In this document: positions 7,586 to 16,153 of the stretch, one piece after another | How positions within the stretch are numbered: position 1 is the stretch's first letter | Layout of the letters: each line of letters begins with the position of its first letter | Source: a virus | Taxonomy: Duplodnaviria > Caudoviricetes | DNA length: 26,247 nt | Direction: 5' to 3' (one strand) | IMG/VR virus record: IMGVR_UViG_3300034071_001139 | Span: 1-26,247 of that record | The notes under the pieces: model-generated | Databases searched by the model: none | The model's input: only the letters and a program-made list of their open reading frames with translations | Told to the model about the DNA's origin: nothing | Translations under genes and position numbers: made by a program

Positions 7586-9199
7586 TTATTGTTTCCTTAT
7601 CTCTTTAATAAACATTAGTTTGTCCAGCAGAGAAAGTCCCAACACATCAAACTTGACATGCCCAAGACTTTCTAAATCAGACATCTCTAGTCCAGCTATT
7701 TTCTCAGATGAATCACGTTGATCCACCATTGGGCATACGTCTGATAGTTTATATTTTGATATAACCACACCAGCCGCATGTTTTCCCTGTGTTTTAAAAG
7801 TACCCTCAATCTTTATAGCTTGATCAAAGTACTCTGCATAGTCACCATCTAATTTCCCATCCTCGTTGATATAACAAAAGTCTCTAAGCTCATTAGCATT
7901 ATTAATTAATGCCCAACGAATAATAGAACGATCTTCATCATCCATATCTGCTAATTGGTCAGATATTTCTGCTTCATTGGGAATACTCTTTGTTATAGCG
8001 TTCATCTCTGCAAAAGAACAAGCTTCGTTTACGCGAAGAACTTCTTTAATTGCACTACGCCCCTGTAGTCTTCCGAACGTAATCATTTGGCTAACGTGGT
8101 TGTGTCCATACTTATTCTTTAAGTACAGTAGTACTTCATCACGACGCTTTGCTGGAACGTCCATGTCAATATCTGGCAATGAGATATGATCAGCACTATT
8201 TCGTCCAGCATTGTAGAATCTTGAAAACAGTAGATCAAACTCTAGAGGATCAATCTTTGTAATACCAATTAAATATGAGATTAAACATCCAGCAGCAGAA
8301 CCTCTACCGGGACCAGATAGCCACCCTTGATCATTTACATATTGTATAATGTCCTGTACTATCAAAAAATATCCGAATAGATTAGCCCCCTTAATAACAT
8401 CAAATTCTTCCTTAAATCTTTCTAGATATTTCTCTTTGTCTTCTGGTTTAGACACTTTGTTGTTTTCTATTAGTAGATTCTTCCAGCCAACGCGACATAG
8501 TTCTTTTAGATAATCTTCTTCTGTTTCGCCATTTGGGCAGGGAAAAGCTGGAAGCATTGGCTTACTTAGTATATCATATTCTTCACAACTATTAATAATA
8601 GTCTCTACATATTCTTTATTTTTAGATGTTGTGTTTTTTAGAATTGAGTTTACTTGGTCTTTTCCTATAACAAAAAGATCATCATGCGTAAATTGATGTG
8701 CCAATTCCTTTGATATTTCTCCGCTATGCACCAACTTGTTTACCTTGGGCAAAGTGGTCTTTAGTTCAGAGCATAGCAATATTCTATGTAATTTAGCATC
8801 TTCGCTATTGACATAGTAACTTACTGGCATAATATTTGATAGGTCGTTATTGTGTGGAACATTGATAACATTTCCACCACTCAAAACTTTAGACCAAATA
8901 CTTGGAGACACATTGCCATCAGTGTCTAGCGACGATACTAGCCTAATGAGATCGTGCCAACCGTCTTTGTTTTTTGCAAACAGTGTAGAATTATCAAATG
9001 AGCAACCAATGATTGGTTTAATCCCAACCTTTTTACAAGCCTTGTAGAACTTTACGGCACCAGATATGGTTTTATAATCAGCAATTCCACAGGCCGGATA
9101 GCCCTCTTCCTTGCACTTTTGTGCTAGCTCATCCGGCTTTGAAAAACCTTTTAGCAAACTATAGTGGGTGTAATTCCTTAATGGACACCAATTCAACAT
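7586..9199 (-). CDS. dnaE: DNA polymerase III alpha (DnaE-like), N-terminal half (degenerate PHP, palm, thumb)
   Basis: YSLLKG, GIKPIIG, GPGRGSAAG, catalytic PDIDMD, GKHAAGVVI and KFDVLGL motifs. The ORF ends 15 residues after KFDVLGL with no intein. Confidence 0.95.
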   Translation of the reverse strand: MLNWCPLRNYTHYSLLKGFSKPDELAQKCKEEGYPACGIADYKTISGAVKFYKACKKVGIKPIIGCSFDNSTLFAKNKDGWHDLIRLVSSLDTDGNVSPSIWSKVLSGGNVINVPHNNDLSNIMPVSYYVNSEDAKLHRILLCSELKTTLPKVNKLVHSGEISKELAHQFTHDDLFVIGKDQVNSILKNTTSKNKEYVETIINSCEEYDILSKPMLPAFPCPNGETEEDYLKELCRVGWKNLLIENNKVSKPEDKEKYLERFKEEFDVIKGANLFGYFLIVQDIIQYVNDQGWLSGPGRGSAAGCLISYLIGITKIDPLEFDLLFSRFYNAGRNSADHISLPDIDMDVPAKRRDEVLLYLKNKYGHNHVSQMITFGRLQGRSAIKEVLRVNEACSFAEMNAITKSIPNEAEISDQLADMDDEDRSIIRWALINNANELRDFCYINEDGKLDGDYAEYFDQAIKIEGTFKTQGKHAAGVVISKYKLSDVCPMVDQRDSSEKIAGLEMSDLESLGHVKFDVLGLSLLDKLMFIKEIRKQ

Positions 9200-9236
9200 A
9201 TATTTCCTCTATCAAAGTTCCTAAGCAACCTATCCT

Positions 9237-9264
9237 ATTATACCAACAACCAGCCGTTTTGCAA
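9237..9264 (-). promoter_or_regulatory. Sigma70-type promoter upstream of dnaE-N
   Basis: Minus strand TTGCAA-16 bp-TATAAT with extended -10 (TGgTATAAT), in an intergenic gap, followed by a GAGGA RBS. Confidence 0.75.
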
Positions 9265-9267
9265 CTG

Positions 9268-9744
9268 TTAAACTTGAAGCGACAAGAAATCTACCAACCC
9301 CATCTCTTCAATAAGCTTTAGAAAACCTTCATAAAGAATGATGCCTTTTTCACTACCCTGTAGTAGTGGGAGCATGGCATTTGCGGTCATTTCATCACCA
9401 ATGGCCCTAGCAGCAACGATGGTTGCTCTTTCTGCCGCAGATGCTTCACGCACTGAATCTAGATTATATTGGATCATAGCTAGCATATCGTGACGCTTCC
9501 AAGATGGAGGGCTGACTACCAATGGTTGATAGTCTGCATCAAAAAATTCTAATCTTTTCATGTTAATCGATGCGTGTTCTTGTTCTTCTTTCGCATCTGC
9601 TTTGATAATTGCTGCTAGTTTATTGTATCCCCATCGCTCAAGATGTTCTGCTTGTGCGGTTAGCGAAATTGTTTGCTGCCAGTGAATGTTTAGTGATTGC
9701 TTCAATAGATCAATAACTTGTTGATCAATTTTTTCCATGCTCAT
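9268..9744 (-). CDS. Bacterioferritin-like protein with degenerate ferroxidase centre
   Basis: 158 aa and colinear with Bfr: VIDLL, WGYNKL, EEQEHA, RLEF, GD, IEEMGLVDFLSLQ. AGGAG RBS. Confidence 0.85.
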   Translation of the reverse strand: MSMEKIDQQVIDLLKQSLNIHWQQTISLTAQAEHLERWGYNKLAAIIKADAKEEQEHASINMKRLEFFDADYQPLVVSPPSWKRHDMLAMIQYNLDSVREASAAERATIVAARAIGDEMTANAMLPLLQGSEKGIILYEGFLKLIEEMGLVDFLSLQV

Positions 9745-9747
9745 CTC

Positions 9748-9972
9748 CTATTTTTTTGTAGTTTCTTTTCTATGAATTTTAAAAGACTGTTGTAATTTGT
9801 TTACCAAAAATGATCCCGTATGCTCAAAAAAGCAAGGGAAAAAACCGTGAATAATTAATAACAACCCAGCCTCTAAACATATCAGACCATGACCTACCGC
9901 AAACTTAAAGTGTTCACGATAACTCATGTTATTGTCTGATAAATGTCTATTCCATCGTCTTGTTAGTGCCAT
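9748..9972 (-). CDS. Small His-rich hydrophobic protein (DUF6356-like)
   Basis: HLSDNNMSYREHFKFA...LIIHGFFPCFFEHTGS pattern. Start placed at ATG 9972 rather than 10023. Confidence 0.65.
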   Translation of the reverse strand: MALTRRWNRHLSDNNMSYREHFKFAVGHGLICLEAGLLLIIHGFFPCFFEHTGSFLVNKLQQSFKIHRKETTKK

Positions 9973-10035
9973 GCGTGGCGTCACCCTGTAAATAGTGTTT
10001 ATAATTATCACAATTTGCGACAAGTACGCATGTTA

Positions 10036-11064
10036 TCACCAAGATTTACATGCCCAGTAGCGACTTTTCCACTTCGGGCCGGGATTATCACAATTATGTC
10101 TAGCTCTGAAACTCTTACGTCGCTCTGGAATATTTTTCTTGATCTTCATATTAGGATCGCCAAAGCGAACGATAACTACGTTGCCGCTTTCATTCTTTAC
10201 ATATACCGCAAATTTCTTTGGGCCACTTGGTGTTCTAAAAGGTTTATTTAGTTTTACTTTGCGTCCTTGGTATTCTTCTGCTCTACCAATATAGATAAGA
10301 ATCGTGCCGTCTTTTTCATAGTATCCGCGACGGTTGTAAGTATAGATTTCTCCAGTTTTTGGGTCTTTATATTCATAAGAACCTTCTTCCATATCCATTG
10401 TGTCTTCTGTTTCAGATGGTTCCTCTTTCTCATCATCTTCTTCTTCTTCTTTATATTCATCTTCATATTTTCCGGGTTCATAATATTTTACAAAATCATA
10501 AACATTTTGTACATATATTTCTGCCTTGGAAATCATATCTTTTGTCCAATCTTGAAACTCAACTGGTATATTCATTGATTGTAAACTGGCAACTATTTCC
10601 ATTAGCTGATCGTGCATCTTTTGTAGTTGCTCTATTGCCATTTCATTATCGCCACCAGACTGTGCCTTTTTCCAAGACTTGGGGTCTGGACGATCTGGAT
10701 CACCGCGTTTTGCTGGCTTATAATTTTTCCCTTCTCGCTCTTTTTTCTTTCTTATATTTTCCCACAGTCCCGGCTTTTCGGCAGCAATATCAAATTCTTC
10801 AACCTCTTCTTCAAAGTCTACATATTCTGCTTCTGTTGGAATGTATAAATTGTTTTCATCTAATTCTTCTTCATACCCTACAGTTTCAAAGTTTAATCTG
10901 AAATCAGCAGCCTCTACGCAATCGCAATCTGCCGTGGCTTGATCTATACAGATGGCTACTCTCTGTTTTGAGTCTGGGTAATCTTTTTTCATTACCTCGC
11001 TACTCATGCAACGAGAAACAAACTTGGTTTTATCTTCATCTTTTTTTCTGTTGGGAATTGGCAT
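10036..11064 (-). CDS. Modular phage protein with C-terminal DUF6321-like domain
   Basis: Short modules separated by acidic linkers. C-terminus reads YQGRKVKLNKPFRTPSGPKKFAVYVK...FGDPNM...RRKSFRARHNC...RYWACKSW. AGGAG RBS. Confidence 0.75.
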   Translation of the reverse strand: MPIPNRKKDEDKTKFVSRCMSSEVMKKDYPDSKQRVAICIDQATADCDCVEAADFRLNFETVGYEEELDENNLYIPTEAEYVDFEEEVEEFDIAAEKPGLWENIRKKKEREGKNYKPAKRGDPDRPDPKSWKKAQSGGDNEMAIEQLQKMHDQLMEIVASLQSMNIPVEFQDWTKDMISKAEIYVQNVYDFVKYYEPGKYEDEYKEEEEDDEKEEPSETEDTMDMEEGSYEYKDPKTGEIYTYNRRGYYEKDGTILIYIGRAEEYQGRKVKLNKPFRTPSGPKKFAVYVKNESGNVVIVRFGDPNMKIKKNIPERRKSFRARHNCDNPGPKWKSRYWACKSW

Positions 11065-11073
11065 AATTGTCTC

Positions 11074-11928
11074 CTAGTTTAATATTTTTTCGATAGCAGA
11101 TTTTAAAATACTATCTACGCTACCGGCTGGAATTCTTTCTGAAAAGTATTTCTTTATGTCTTGTATCATTTGATGGTTGGGGTCTTTCGTTATTTCTAAC
11201 CATCCAATAAAATAGTTCCAAATTCTATCTTCTAATATTAGTGGGTATTTAACACCATTTGGTCTTCCAAACCTATGGTTCCATCTTAAAGATGGTAGGC
11301 ATATATTTTTGCCTCCCCACTCTTTGAACTTTGCTGCTATATATCCTTCTTCTGCCCCAAATCCTCTAAAGTGTGGATTAATGCCTTTCCAAGCAGACTT
11401 TTCAAATGCTAATAAACCCATACCCTGCATTTCAATTTCAAAGGGATCACCTTTATCATATGCCGCTTTATTGGTTTGCCAAGTACCATACATATCTCCG
11501 CTCCATTTTTGATCAAAATGCGTTGATACATTTATTAAGTCATCATACCACAACGGACCCTGTATCAAGTCTTTGCAGTTTGGATTATTCGCAAAGTGAT
11601 GTATTAGTGATGATATTGCATCTGGCTCTAATAAAACATGGCAATCCATTATTAAAACATATTGACCATCAGCATGGTCTACCGTTTTGTACTTATTAAA
11701 AGAACTAGGAACTTCGTGATATGGAATATACTTTCCTCTCACTTGCTGTTCTATGAACGATTTACAAGATTTACCATGTTCACTAGTCGGATTACCGTCT
11801 AAAAGAACAAACTGAACAGCGTCAGTCTTACATATATCATGGTAAATTCTTAATGACTGAACAGAGAAAAATACTCCATCATAATCATCATGTGTCGCCA
11901 TCGCAATAGTTAGTAATTTATCTGACAT
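11074..11928 (-). CDS. Glycosyltransferase, GT-A fold (GT2 / ppGalNAc-T-like)
   Basis: LTIAMAT, VLLDG, YVLIMDCH (DxH), GMGLLAF and GFGAEEGY...GG...P...NHRF motifs. Confidence 0.85.
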   Translation of the reverse strand: MSDKLLTIAMATHDDYDGVFFSVQSLRIYHDICKTDAVQFVLLDGNPTSEHGKSCKSFIEQQVRGKYIPYHEVPSSFNKYKTVDHADGQYVLIMDCHVLLEPDAISSLIHHFANNPNCKDLIQGPLWYDDLINVSTHFDQKWSGDMYGTWQTNKAAYDKGDPFEIEMQGMGLLAFEKSAWKGINPHFRGFGAEEGYIAAKFKEWGGKNICLPSLRWNHRFGRPNGVKYPLILEDRIWNYFIGWLEITKDPNHQMIQDIKKYFSERIPAGSVDSILKSAIEKILN

Positions 11929-11937
11929 TTTTACCTC

Positions 11938-12957
11938 TTAACCGGGAGCAGAATAAAACCCTATCTCAAAACCGTCTTTGGTGCAATCCTTTATGGTCTG
12001 CTCCATTCCTTTGGTTTTTAAGCTATTCTCTATGTATATACACATGTTTTGGTCGGTTTCGGGCCATTTATGCTTACAATAGTGGCATAATTTGGTGCAT
12101 TTCCAATTATCTCTATTTTGTGAAATAGGTCGTGGAGTGTTGTTATTTTTGATATCTGAAAACTTCTGTTTTAACATGTCCAAAAAGCGTTTTTGGTCAG
12201 ATTTGTCAAAACACATGGAAAATGGGCCACCATCTTTAATAAAAAAGATACTCATTATGGCCTGTTGGTAGTCTGGAAATAGCTTGGAAATTGCATAATT
12301 ATATAGCAATAATTGTGGGTCAGAACATAACTTTTCATAAGTTTTTTCTTCTCCGGTCGCCCAATCTAGACGCCTCCCGGTCTTCCAATCTATAACCTCA
12401 ATAATACCATCTGCTGTTTCTGTTACAAGATCAATAGTCCCCTTAATAGCTAATTGTCCAGCAACCTTTTTGCCATCAACTTCGTACTCATAAAACGCCC
12501 AATCTTCATCGATGGGTATATCAAAGTGTGGCTCTGCCGCTACTATATTTCTATATCTAGGATCAAACTGTCCATCATTATAATTTAATGTGTCCCAAAC
12601 TAGTTTAAGGCAAGTTTCCTTGTCGCCTTTAGTAAAACTATTCTTAGAGTCTTTAGTATAAAAGGTGAAACTCTTTTGTAAGATATCTTCTATTAGCTCT
12701 TTTGTAAATAGTTCTGATTTCTTAATTTTAACATCGCCCAAAGCATCATCATTAATTGTTAATGTAGTTTTCTTTGGATGATCTTGCTGATATTTTTTAA
12801 ACCTAGCCAAAGTCTCCATGACCTTATGAACTATGGTGCCAAGTTCCGCTTTCTTTCCGCTGTCTGGTTGATGACCTAGCACATAGGTTATAAAATACTG
12901 CATTTGGCAGTATGAATAATTATTGTAACTAGAAGATCGTATATAGGTTACTAGCAT
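11938..12957 (-). CDS. PD-(D/E)XK exonuclease, Cas4/AddB-like with probable Fe-S cysteines
   Basis: SSSYNNYSYC, GTIVH, GTIDLV, IDWKTG, QLLLY and C-terminal CTKLCHYC...C. Confidence 0.9.
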   Translation of the reverse strand: MLVTYIRSSSYNNYSYCQMQYFITYVLGHQPDSGKKAELGTIVHKVMETLARFKKYQQDHPKKTTLTINDDALGDVKIKKSELFTKELIEDILQKSFTFYTKDSKNSFTKGDKETCLKLVWDTLNYNDGQFDPRYRNIVAAEPHFDIPIDEDWAFYEYEVDGKKVAGQLAIKGTIDLVTETADGIIEVIDWKTGRRLDWATGEEKTYEKLCSDPQLLLYNYAISKLFPDYQQAIMSIFFIKDGGPFSMCFDKSDQKRFLDMLKQKFSDIKNNNTPRPISQNRDNWKCTKLCHYCKHKWPETDQNMCIYIENSLKTKGMEQTIKDCTKDGFEIGFYSAPG

Positions 12958-12958
12958 A

Positions 12959-13696
12959 TTAACTCCATAGCATGGTGTTTGTTTTCAATGTCTCACACAA
13001 TTCTTCTAGTGCCATATTTTGATTGTCTATAACTAGATCAAATTTATTCCAATCAAACACTTCTTTGTCTAGAGCTTTTTCTGCTTCCGCATCGCTATTA
13101 TAAATATCTCTAGTTAATCTTATTACTACACCGCCCTCTTCTTTAATAGCATCTACTTCGTTTGGAAATCTTACATCGGGAACTATAGCTATTTCTGAAC
13201 CTTCTGTAATAATTTTATTCAGAGAAAATCTAGACCAAGCATCATTTTTAATCTTTCTAATAATCTTTGTGCCAAAATGCTCTAAGAATTCTCTTACGGT
13301 CGGATTTCCAGCCTTCTTGCTACTAAGCGGAATATTCTTCCATTCTAATTCCGTATCCATGTTTTTATCTTCATTTGACCCATAAACATGTTTTGAGTTA
13401 AGGCCGAATAAATTAATAGCCATGTCTTTTAGTGGATCGGCAAAATGATAAACTTTAATATATGGCCATAGTTCCTTTTCGGCGTATTCCACAAATGCGC
13501 CATCTTTTCTAGTAACATCAAAGATGCCATAACCATTCGTGCCGTTAGAATCTTCTGTATTAATGACTAACTGACCTTCTTCGTCTATATAAAAATCATG
13601 AACCATTTGTCTAGTTTTCAACACGCAGCCATTAATATAATTGGCTACAGTATTCTTACCGGCCTGCTTTCTGCCAGATATACCTATGATTTTCAT
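12959..13696 (-). CDS. Deoxynucleoside monophosphate kinase
   Basis: P-loop GISGRKQAGKNT, FADPLK, REFLEHFGT and PDVRFPNE motifs. Confidence 0.9.
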   Translation of the reverse strand: MKIIGISGRKQAGKNTVANYINGCVLKTRQMVHDFYIDEEGQLVINTEDSNGTNGYGIFDVTRKDGAFVEYAEKELWPYIKVYHFADPLKDMAINLFGLNSKHVYGSNEDKNMDTELEWKNIPLSSKKAGNPTVREFLEHFGTKIIRKIKNDAWSRFSLNKIITEGSEIAIVPDVRFPNEVDAIKEEGGVVIRLTRDIYNSDAEAEKALDKEVFDWNKFDLVIDNQNMALEELCETLKTNTMLWS

Positions 13697-14712
13697 ACTT
13701 TTAATCCCTTTATTTGTGGAAATATATTATCTTTGATCTGATCTATTGTCATTTCGCCAACATCTTTTGTGGTAAGTTTTGGAAAACTTAATTTATATGA
13801 TCTGTTGAGTTGACGCTGTAACTGGGTCTTAGCTTCTCTACCAGCTTGATCATTATCTGTTAGTACTATAATATGCGTAACTGGCATTTTATACAGTTTT
13901 GATTCTTGCTCTTTGCTAAGAGTCTTACCAAAAAGACTCATAGCATTATGTATTCCAGCCTCATAAAGTTTCCAAACATCACCCTGTCCCTCTACTAAAA
14001 ATAAATATCCAGTTTCTTCTACGCTCTTAATTGCCCTATGATAGTTATAGAAGAAATCAACCTTATTAAAACCCTTTGGATATAATAAGAATTTAGGTGT
14101 TTTATACTCCTTGATTGATCTTCCAATAAGACCAACCATTATCTCTCCAGAATCATTATGAATTGGGATTACGGCACGGTCATACATTTTAGAGTTTGTA
14201 TTTGAGCAATCCCCGACACCAAAATACTCTAGGGTTTTAGGATTAAATCCTCTTCCAACAAAATATTGTGAAGGACATTGCAGTTGTTCGATTGCAACTG
14301 GTGCATAGTCTTTATGTGTCACTTCCTCATTAAACATTGCCACAAGCGTCTGGAAGTCATTAGGCTGGCTTCCTTCTGGTATGGCTGTTGTGGTAGCCTG
14401 TTTTACGTTAATCAAATCACAGGCCCATCTTAATGCACCACCAAAACCAACGTCTTTACCTTCTTGGTTTGATAATGCCCCACGAATTAATCCAAATATA
14501 TCATTTCTATATTGGTGCTGACAATCTCTAGTCCAACATTTCCATATTCCTTTATCTACAGAAAACGAAAATGCTCTTGGATTATCGCTAGATTCATGAA
14601 CTGGGCAAGTTGAATATATATTATCCCCAAAGACTTCATATTTCATACCAAGCTTAGAGAAAACTAATTCTGCTTTATTATTCAGCGTTTTCTTGATCGT
14701 CTGTAGTTCCAT
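13693..14712 (-). CDS. dnaG: DNA primase (Zn finger + TOPRIM)
   Basis: CPVH...WKCWTRDC zinc finger, RAVIPIH...GR, KFL, VEGQGD and DNDQAG motifs. Confidence 0.92.
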   Translation of the reverse strand: MELQTIKKTLNNKAELVFSKLGMKYEVFGDNIYSTCPVHESSDNPRAFSFSVDKGIWKCWTRDCQHQYRNDIFGLIRGALSNQEGKDVGFGGALRWACDLINVKQATTTAIPEGSQPNDFQTLVAMFNEEVTHKDYAPVAIEQLQCPSQYFVGRGFNPKTLEYFGVGDCSNTNSKMYDRAVIPIHNDSGEIMVGLIGRSIKEYKTPKFLLYPKGFNKVDFFYNYHRAIKSVEETGYLFLVEGQGDVWKLYEAGIHNAMSLFGKTLSKEQESKLYKMPVTHIIVLTDNDQAGREAKTQLQRQLNRSYKLSFPKLTTKDVGEMTIDQIKDNIFPQIKGLKV

Positions 14713-16153
14713 TTATCGCTATCTTTATTAGAGATTCTGAGTCGATTAGTCCCGTATCACCAACGGGCTGATTCTTAAATTCATTACGTGTTTTTAATTC
14801 TTTTAGTTTAGCGTGTGCGCCCTGCATAATCATATTAATATAATCTCCATCATCTAGACCACCACCATGTCGAGCAACGATGGGAACTAATTTTCTATTA
14901 CCAGCATTTGGACCATCTTCTGCTAGTTCTTCTGGAGATTTGATTTTAAAAATTGAGAACGATGTGCATAGCCAAATTAGTCTATCTGAACCGCTTACGG
15001 CGTCAGTGCTTTCCTTTGTGATACCGTCACGGTTTAACTGCACAAAAGACAAGCACGGTATATCTAACTTAACACAAAGGTTGTGTAAAGAAGTAATCTG
15101 AAAACCTAAAGCTTGATACTCTTGAATATTATTTGTGATTGAACTAGATGACATTAACTTAAGATAGTCATATATAATTACGCAGTCATTTGTCTTGCCA
15201 GTATCATCTACTTTTACCTCTTGCACAACCCATCTTTTGATTAGATTTAAAATTTGCTCAAATGGTTTTCCAGCAACGCTTACGTAGGAATATGGGATAT
15301 CTTGTAGTTTTGCAACCGCTTCTTGTACTTTATATAATTTATCCTCATCGTCTACGAATTTACCAGTAGCAATTTCATTGATTGGAACACCGCTCATGTT
15401 TGCTAGTAATCTATTCAAATGGTCTTCTTTGCTCATTTCTGTATCAAGCATCAGAACGGGAATACCGCCCGTTGCAACGTTGAGAGCAACATTGTCTGCA
15501 AATACTGATTTACCAACTTTTGGTCTAGCAGAAACAAGATCAACACACTTTCTTCTTAGGCCACCGCCAATAGCAGTATCATATCTATTGAATCCTGTTG
15601 GTATACCGATAATATCGCACTTATTATCTTGTAGGAATTGAACGTATTCATCAATGCCTTTTCCTATCTTTTCTGGAGTGTCGCCACCGTCATCTTCTCT
15701 GAGGAATTCTGTAACGGGATTTTCTAGAATCTGAATAATTTCATTAATAGACTCAGACCCGGTAACATCATCAATATCTTTATGGATTTTGTGTGTTAAC
15801 TTTTTAATAGACCTAGCAAATTCAAACTTCTTTATTTGAATAGCAAAACTAAATATGTTTTCTTTACTTACTGGAAAATCAAATAGAGACTTGATATATT
15901 TAAGCTCTTGTGGTGTGTTGATGCTCTCCGATAATCCAAGCTGATTGGCGGCAGATAATAACGATGGAATATCTACCTTCTGATCATTTTGTACTACCTT
16001 TTCTACACACTTGTATATAATCTGATTATTAGCATGACCAAAAGATTCATGCGTAATTAAATCTGATATTGCCACATAGCCATCCATACCATGCTGCATT
16101 ATTCCAGCAAGTACTGCACGTTCAGAGCCTATGTCTGTTAGTTTAGTTTCCAT
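14678..16153 (-). CDS. dnaB: Replicative DNA helicase, DnaB-like
   Basis: ERAVLAG, GIPTGF, Walker A ARPKVGKS, TEMS, DYL and VQLNR motifs. Confidence 0.95.
   Translation of the reverse strand: METKLTDIGSERAVLAGIMQHGMDGYVAISDLITHESFGHANNQIIYKCVEKVVQNDQKVDIPSLLSAANQLGLSESINTPQELKYIKSLFDFPVSKENIFSFAIQIKKFEFARSIKKLTHKIHKDIDDVTGSESINEIIQILENPVTEFLREDDGGDTPEKIGKGIDEYVQFLQDNKCDIIGIPTGFNRYDTAIGGGLRRKCVDLVSARPKVGKSVFADNVALNVATGGIPVLMLDTEMSKEDHLNRLLANMSGVPINEIATGKFVDDEDKLYKVQEAVAKLQDIPYSYVSVAGKPFEQILNLIKRWVVQEVKVDDTGKTNDCVIIYDYLKLMSSSSITNNIQEYQALGFQITSLHNLCVKLDIPCLSFVQLNRDGITKESTDAVSGSDRLIWLCTSFSIFKIKSPEELAEDGPNAGNRKLVPIVARHGGGLDDGDYINMIMQGAHAKLKELKTRNEFKNQPVGDTGLIDSESLIKIAINGTTDDQENAE

Noticed and set aside
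9973-10035. Promoter in the gap upstream of the DUF6356-like gene
   Set aside because: AT-rich -10-like words (GATAAT, TATAAA) are present but there is no correctly spaced -35, so it is not supportable.
10254-10481. 75-aa Lys-rich minus-strand ORF
   Set aside because: It is an alternate frame of the GAA-rich acidic linker in the 342-aa gene.
10359-10901. 180-aa plus-strand ORF and the other plus-strand ORFs in the track
   Set aside because: They are antisense shadows of well-supported minus-strand genes, with no recognisable motifs and biased composition.
11938-12957. Cas4-like nuclease as evidence of a CRISPR-Cas system
   Set aside because: No repeat-spacer array or other cas genes are present, and solo Cas4-like nucleases are common in phage replication modules.
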